Shown here one piece after another: positions 59,305 to 64,000 of a stretch of 64,000 nt of DNA. The stretch covers positions 2,675 to 66,674 of the IMG/VR virus record IMGVR_UViG_3300028559_002342. The stretch is one strand, 5' to 3'. Positions within the stretch are counted from its first letter, which is position 1. Each line of letters starts with the position of its first letter. A program made the translations under genes and the position numbers. The notes beneath the pieces are model-generated. The model did no database searches. It had not been told where the DNA came from and saw nothing but the letters and a program-made list of their open reading frames with translations. This DNA comes from a virus.

Positions 59305-59763
59305 TTATTTATCCAGTTTAACTGATTCCCAGGGAAAGTCAAGCCAGATGTTATCATCAAAACGTTTTATGTAAAAATTTGGAACATAACTTGTGGACTC
59401 TTTTATGTACAATGTGGCAAATTTGTAATGTGTAAATTGTTGCAATTCAAAGAAACTATTTAGCTCCATTATAGTTTTGCCTTTATCGGACAAGTCATCA
59501 ATTATAATGACTCTTTTGTCACGGTATTTTGTGACAAATTTAATGCCCAGTGTTTGATCAAACGCTATCTCTCCTGGCACATTGTCATCTGTGTAGCTTC
59601 TTATGCCAAAATTATATATGGGCACATTTAATATGTGTGAAATGATCACACTGGGCACCAGTCCACCTCGACCTGCAGAAACAATGACATCACAGGAATC
59701 TATTTTATCTGCCAACAATTTGCAATCCCGGGTGATGTCTTGCCAGGCCAATGTGGTTCGCAT
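59305..59763 (-). CDS. Type I purine phosphoribosyltransferase (Gpt-like)
   Basis: GRGGLVP, IIDDLSDKGKT and W.DFPWE motifs. Confidence 0.88.
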   Translation of the reverse strand: MRTTLAWQDITRDCKLLADKIDSCDVIVSAGRGGLVPSVIISHILNVPIYNFGIRSYTDDNVPGEIAFDQTLGIKFVTKYRDKRVIIIDDLSDKGKTIMELNSFFELQQFTHYKFATLYIKESTSYVPNFYIKRFDDNIWLDFPWESVKLDK

Positions 59764-59775
59764 CAAACGATTGTA

Positions 59776-60051
59776 TTATAGTTTATCAATAATGCTAGTT
59801 ACATCTTCAAGTGTTTTCTTCAAAGATGGTGCAATAAAAAGATAGTCTTCCTTTAATCCTCTGGCAGCCTTGTTGGCAAGATTGGATAAATCAGTAGAAA
59901 TCTTCTTCTGCATGGAACTGACTTCTTCATTCTCACTTCTGGCTTGGGGATATTCCTTGGGTGCATACAAATATGAGTCAGTGTTGCGCTCAGTGTTGTT
60001 GATGCCCAGGCTTGCATAGGACTCTATTATAGCTTTTGTATCTCTGTTCAC
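59776..60051 (-). CDS. Small late protein
   Basis: ATAAATA-N5-GTG; leader MNRDTKAIIESY. Confidence 0.55.
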   Translation of the reverse strand: MNRDTKAIIESYASLGINNTERNTDSYLYAPKEYPQARSENEEVSSMQKKISTDLSNLANKAARGLKEDYLFIAPSLKKTLEDVTSIIDKL

Positions 60052-60063
60052 TTAAATATTTAT

Positions 60064-60288
60064 GTGAGTGGCAATGAAAAAAAGCTTAAAGCTGCTCAAT
60101 TAATAATTAAACACGCTGATCTGTACAAAATATGTGAATGTTGTGAGTCCATAATTTTATTTTCAGACATATTCTGTCCACTTTGCGAGGGTTACAGATT
60201 CAATGACAGTCTGCAAGACATAGAAAAGTTGGCTCTTGTGTTGGCAAAAAAAGATAAAACAGACATCCTACCTCGCAACGTTATCTAG
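60064..60288 (+). CDS. Zinc-ribbon protein
   Basis: CECC...CPLC motif. Confidence 0.6.
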   Translation: MSGNEKKLKAAQLIIKHADLYKICECCESIILFSDIFCPLCEGYRFNDSLQDIEKLALVLAKKDKTDILPRNVI

Positions 60289-60429
60289 AGGCATGCATTG
60301 ATTCAAATATTTGGAAAGCAGAATAACTTTTTTCATTATTTCTTCTTTTCTGTATGGCTTCTTCTCTTTCTTGGCTTGCATGTACAGGTCAAGAATTTGA
60401 TCGGCAGTAATTTTCTTTCCACTTGTCAT
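60268..60429 (-). CDS. Small hypothetical protein
   Basis: Start trimmed to MTSGKK. Confidence 0.4.
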   Translation of the reverse strand: MTSGKKITADQILDLYMQAKKEKKPYRKEEIMKKVILLSKYLNQCMPLDNVAR

Positions 60430-60485
60430 GTTAATACTTATTTTATTAGTAGTTGCTTTTCTTGCATGCCTCAATAAAAATATGT

Positions 60486-60678
60486 ATGTCAAACATCAAT
60501 CCACTCACCCTTCAAGAACATGTTGCAACCTTTACTGCCGAATACGAGAAGTTTTGGCGGTAATAATGCTGCAGGAACACGCACACGCAAAGCACTTCAG
60601 GAAGTGATTAAATTTGCCCGTGAAGCCCGCAAGAGTGTTCAAGAAGAAAAAAATAATCGCAAAGCTGCTAAGAAATAA
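60486..60678 (+). pseudogene. Frameshifted histone H1-like (Hc1-type) protein
   Basis: First frame MSNINP...AEYEKFWR*; the +1 frame from 60556 reads GGNNAAGTRTRKALQEV...KAAKK*, the Hc1-like signature. Confidence 0.7.
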
Positions 60679-60683
60679 TTCTC

Positions 60684-61007
60684 TTATTGCTTTAATCCCA
60701 GCTGTCGCTTCCGTTCATTTCTGTGAACGGAGGTGATAGTTTGGATCACTTCTGATGCACGTGTGAATGAGTCGACTGTCTTGTAGATGGCATCAACAAT
60801 TTCGTAGGCAGCATGTATGGCCTTGCGTTCACTGTTGATATCTTCCAAGGAAATCTTCTGTTCTTTCTTTTCCTTGTGTTCTTCATTTTCAGTTGCAGGT
60901 GGTCTTGTGGGTGCAGTGTTCAATGGTTTGGATTGTGTTACAACAGGCACTGCAGGCACACCTGGGCTGGTGTATGCTTCAAATATGAGATGACAATCAT
61001 TGTTCAC
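60684..61007 (-). CDS. Small late protein
   Basis: ATAAATA-N6-GTG; leader MNNDCHLIFEAY. Confidence 0.6.
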   Translation of the reverse strand: MNNDCHLIFEAYTSPGVPAVPVVTQSKPLNTAPTRPPATENEEHKEKKEQKISLEDINSERKAIHAAYEIVDAIYKTVDSFTRASEVIQTITSVHRNERKRQLGLKQ

Positions 61008-61045
61008 TGTTAGTATTTATGTTATCTAATGAATAAATACCATAT

Positions 61046-61090
61046 ATGGCAGACGTGGCAATATCTGAATTACACACTTGGATGCTGTAG
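61046..61090 (+). pseudogene. Truncated relic of a MADV-family gene
   Basis: ATAAATA-N6-ATG followed by MADVAISELHTWML*. Confidence 0.6.
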
Positions 61091-61220
61091 CCTGGTCTTA
61101 CTTTAACTTCATGTTCTGGTGTTAGGCTGTTAATTATATCACTTGCGAGATCTGCCAGCATCTGCGCGTTGCTTGCGAGCATTTACAAACTGTAGCGCTC
61201 ATGCATACCATTGTAGCATG
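61081..61220. ncRNA. Candidate structured RNA of unknown family
   Basis: Nested helices GATGCTG/CAGCATC and AGCCT/AGGCT plus three local hairpins; CpG-containing intergenic DNA. Confidence 0.35.
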
Positions 61221-61223
61221 TGG

Positions 61224-61385
61224 TTATTTGTTATCAAATGCTTTCTGCACAAACAATGCACTCTGACGCTCCAACACCTTCTGCACATATTGACATTGCG
61301 ATTGGCCTCCTAATTTATCAATTATGTCTGCACACTCTTTCAGGGAAAGCTTGTTAACTTTCTTAATCTTCTTTTTTTCGGCCAT
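61224..61385 (-). CDS. Small basic protein
   Basis: TTAAATA-N5-ATG; starts MAEKKKIKK. Confidence 0.55.
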   Translation of the reverse strand: MAEKKKIKKVNKLSLKECADIIDKLGGQSQCQYVQKVLERQSALFVQKAFDNK

Positions 61386-61433
61386 GTTATTATTTAATTG
61401 TTGCATTATGATAATATATAAATAAATAGTTCA

Positions 61434-61631
61434 GTGAAAATCATTCTAGAAACTAACATAAAGAAGAACGACAAAACCAGCGATTCATTATCAGTTGCAT
61501 TGGAATCTGATGAAATAGTGAAGATTGCCAACAGCAAAGGTATTCAAGCTGCAAACAATGCCATTGACAAGTTTGTGCAGAAGTACACTACTGATCTCAA
61601 GGGCAAGCTGGCCAGCGTTCTTAAGAGCTAA
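61434..61631 (+). CDS. Small late protein
   Basis: ATAAATA-N5-GTG. Confidence 0.55.
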   Translation: MKIILETNIKKNDKTSDSLSVALESDEIVKIANSKGIQAANNAIDKFVQKYTTDLKGKLASVLKS

Positions 61632-61687
61632 TTCTTTTTAAAATAGTTGCACACAAATCCGCGTGTGTAAAGCCATAAATAATACAT

Positions 61688-62467
61688 ATGGCAGATGTGA
61701 CGATATCCAATTTACCGACAGGTGCACCGGCCGGAAATGCATTGTTGCCATACAGTCAAGGTGGCAATACACTCAGTGTACCTGTATCTGCTTTGTTTCA
61801 GAATGCAGGCAATATAGGTATTGGGACAGCAATTCCTGTTATAAAGCAGGAAATTGTTGCCAGTGGATCAGGTATTGTAAGAACACTAGCTTTAACAAAT
61901 TATAATAATGAACCTGATGTAGGCTCAGTATTAGAATTTAGAAATTCTATCCTTAACAATGTAACCTGGCTAGGTGCAAACATTCAATCTGTTCGTATAG
62001 GAGCAACTGCCGGACACGCATTAGTTTTTAATACAAAAAGAGATGGTCAAACTTTTGAGGTAACAACAGAGGCTATGCGTATATCACAGGGCAATGTGGG
62101 CATAGGTACTGCAACACCTACATCTAAGCTTCATATAAGTGGAGATGCCAGAGTTACCGGTGATTTAAAAGTTGACAGCGGCTACATTGACACCTCAGGA
62201 ACAACTGTGTCTCTGGCCAACAATGCATACATAGATTTTCCTCTGGCCTCTGGCTTGCTCATTGTCAATTGCATGACTATAGATGGATCAGTTTCTGCCT
62301 ACTTGGTTGGAGGCACTGGTGTGGTACGTCTGGGCACATCCATTGGCAATCCACCAGGCACTGTCACCTTTGTGAATGCCGACCCTCCCTTCTATCGCTT
62401 CACCAACACATTTGGAGTCACACAAAGTTTTAGTTTCTGTTTCATAAAGACGCGGTCATATGCTTAA
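61688..62467 (+). CDS. Fibre/adhesin-like virion protein, MADV-family paralogue 4
   Basis: MADVTISNL N-terminus; two GN(I/V)GIGT repeats; ATAAATA-N6-ATG. Confidence 0.72.
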   Translation: MADVTISNLPTGAPAGNALLPYSQGGNTLSVPVSALFQNAGNIGIGTAIPVIKQEIVASGSGIVRTLALTNYNNEPDVGSVLEFRNSILNNVTWLGANIQSVRIGATAGHALVFNTKRDGQTFEVTTEAMRISQGNVGIGTATPTSKLHISGDARVTGDLKVDSGYIDTSGTTVSLANNAYIDFPLASGLLIVNCMTIDGSVSAYLVGGTGVVRLGTSIGNPPGTVTFVNADPPFYRFTNTFGVTQSFSFCFIKTRSYA

Positions 62468-62472
62468 ACAAT

Positions 62473-63111
62473 ATGAATCCCATTGTGCACATGGCCATGG
62501 AATATAAGAAATGCAATTACAAGAACAATGTTCGAACAGTAATTCCCTCTGTGATGCTCAACAGCATTGTGGAGTTGAGCAATTCAGTTGCACAATTGCC
62601 TGGTGATGTGTGTGAAGTGGGTGTGTGGCGAGGAGCTGTTGGCATTATTTTCGGAGAAATATTTAAAGACAAAACTGTGCATCTTTTTGATACATTTGAG
62701 GGCATACCATTCCATGATGAAATATATGACAATACACACAGGCAAGGTGATTTTGGCCGGCAGGATGAGCATGGACGGGGGCATACAGAATATGAAGAAG
62801 TCAAAGACACCCTGTCCATCTACCCCAACATATTGATTCACAAAGGTGTATTTCCTCATGAAACAGCGCAAGTTGTTGCAGATAAAAAATTCTGCTTTGT
62901 GCATCTGGATGTGGATGTGTATCAGTCTTACAAGGAATGCTTGGAGTTCTTCTATCCCAGAATGGTGGAACAAGGATTAATACTGCTGGATGATTATAAG
63001 TTTTCTACTTGTGCAGGTGCCACAGTGGCCATAGATAACTTCTGCACAGAAAATAACATCAAGCTACATACCCACCATCATCAGTACTACATGCAAAGAA
63101 TCAATTCATAA
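62473..63111 (+). CDS. TylF/MycF-family O-methyltransferase
   Basis: GDVCEVGVWRG, FDTFEG, KGVF, HLDVDVY and LLDDY motifs. Confidence 0.88.
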   Translation: MNPIVHMAMEYKKCNYKNNVRTVIPSVMLNSIVELSNSVAQLPGDVCEVGVWRGAVGIIFGEIFKDKTVHLFDTFEGIPFHDEIYDNTHRQGDFGRQDEHGRGHTEYEEVKDTLSIYPNILIHKGVFPHETAQVVADKKFCFVHLDVDVYQSYKECLEFFYPRMVEQGLILLDDYKFSTCAGATVAIDNFCTENNIKLHTHHHQYYMQRINS

Positions 63112-63253
63112 GCCATAAATTTCCTATATGGGCCATATAGGATATTTGGCAAAAAAAATTATAAAAAAATTTGGCATGCACCTATATGATTCTGAAACTT
63201 TTTATTGTGTATGTTCAAATTCCCGTACTGGGGTCTATATCCCCGTGCAGGTT

Positions 63254-63439
63254 TTAGAACCCCTTGTCGGTTTCTGAAACACATACTGTATCCAGATACC
63301 ATGGACGAGCATTGAAGACCACCTCTTGATCCACTGCACCCAACCATGCATGTTCACCTTCAATGTAACGCTCCATGTGTTTCTTTCTGCTCAAGAAGTA
63401 CTCTGCAGCTGTTAATGTCTTAACGATTGTATCATTCAT
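63254..63439 (-). CDS. Small hypothetical early protein
   Basis: AGGAGG Shine-Dalgarno and TACAAT upstream. Confidence 0.55.
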   Translation of the reverse strand: MNDTIVKTLTAAEYFLSRKKHMERYIEGEHAWLGAVDQEVVFNARPWYLDTVCVSETDKGF

Positions 63440-63487
63440 CTGTACCTCCTATTGTATCGGCTATTGATCTATCAACAATATGTATTA

Positions 63488-63560
63488 TGGGCTTGGCAGG
63501 ACTTGAACCTGCAACCAAAGCATTATGAGTGCTCCGCTCTGACCATTGAGCTACAAGCCC
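63488..63560 (-). tRNA. tRNA with CAU anticodon, probably Ile2 (reads AUA after lysidine modification)
   Basis: GGGCTTG/CAAGCCC acceptor stem, TAGCTCAATGG D arm, CT-CAT-AA loop and GTTCAAGTC T loop; CCA not encoded. ATA codons are common in this genome. Confidence 0.88.
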
Positions 63561-63566
63561 CACACA

Positions 63567-63866
63567 TTAGCTGTCCAATGTCTCGTACCGCTTCAATGCC
63601 TCATCAATGCTGCAGCAAGTCCAAGCCGTGATGCCCCACAATGAAGAGCCTGGATACGTTTCAGCAGGTGCAATTGCCATGCCACCCATTGTATACCCAT
63701 TGTGTCTGCCAATCTTCACCACCTCATAATTGTTGAGGCTACTACCCATTCTGGTCTGTTGATAGATGGCCCTCTTACCTTCTCTCTTCAATTGGTTGTA
63801 AACAAAGCCCTTCTTCTTAAACTGCGTTGGTATCGTTTTATATTCTGTGGTTTCTGTATTCATCAT
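63567..63866 (-). CDS. Hypothetical early protein
   Basis: Sigma70-like TTGAGC-N17-TACAAT 7 nt upstream of the ATG. Confidence 0.6.
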   Translation of the reverse strand: MMNTETTEYKTIPTQFKKKGFVYNQLKREGKRAIYQQTRMGSSLNNYEVVKIGRHNGYTMGGMAIAPAETYPGSSLWGITAWTCCSIDEALKRYETLDS

Positions 63867-64000
63867 ACCTCTGATTGTACAGGCATTAAGCCAATTGCTC
63901 AAGCTCTTGCCGACGCGTGGTATCAAGTACTGCACCCTCAGACACATATGATGCAAGCAAGTGCTCCACCAACTGCCTGAGCGTGCCACCTTCATATTGA

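Noticed and set aside
8717-62467. Diversity-generating retroelement or invertase shufflon behind the fibre paralogues
   Set aside because: No reverse transcriptase, recombinase or near-identical template/variable repeat pair was seen in this window.
915-63980. Many short ORFs in the track lying antisense to, or nested in, long genes (e.g. 5415-5891, 15902-16381, 39625-39954)
   Set aside because: They shadow well-supported genes and show no motifs or start signals.
1-64000. Alternative genetic code (stop-codon reassignment)
   Set aside because: Core genes are full length under the standard code, and TAA, TGA and TAG all end genes at sensible positions.
1-64000. CRISPR array
   Set aside because: No regularly spaced direct repeats were seen; intergenic gaps are short.

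Overview
This window is 64 kb of an AT-rich, T4-superfamily (myovirus-type) phage genome; it is not host DNA. Core T4-like genes include the DNA polymerase exonuclease domain, gp46/47, gp55, UvsW/UvsY, class Ia NrdAB, a gp15-20-13-4-21-22-23 head/neck block, a gp5-like spike and a chaperoned tail fibre. Accessory content includes a 7-deazaguanine DNA-modification pathway: folE, queD, queE, queF, a TGT/DpdA-like enzyme, a PurN-like formyltransferase, GMP reductase and two kinases. No queC is present in the window. There is also a large glycosyltransferase island, PhoH and a tRNA(CAU). Less ordinary patterns: (i) a dispersed family of fibre-like genes with a constant 'MADVTIS.L' N-terminus and unrelated C-terminal heads, plus a truncated relic; (ii) about a dozen proteins, including enzymes, with T4 internal-protein-like capsid-targeting leaders; (iii) promoter boxes only 5-7 nt before start codons, implying mostly leaderless mRNAs; (iv) strong CpG depletion from which the capsid gene is exempt; (v) a candidate structured RNA near 61.1 kb. 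All calls come from reading motifs by eye; no database searches were run.
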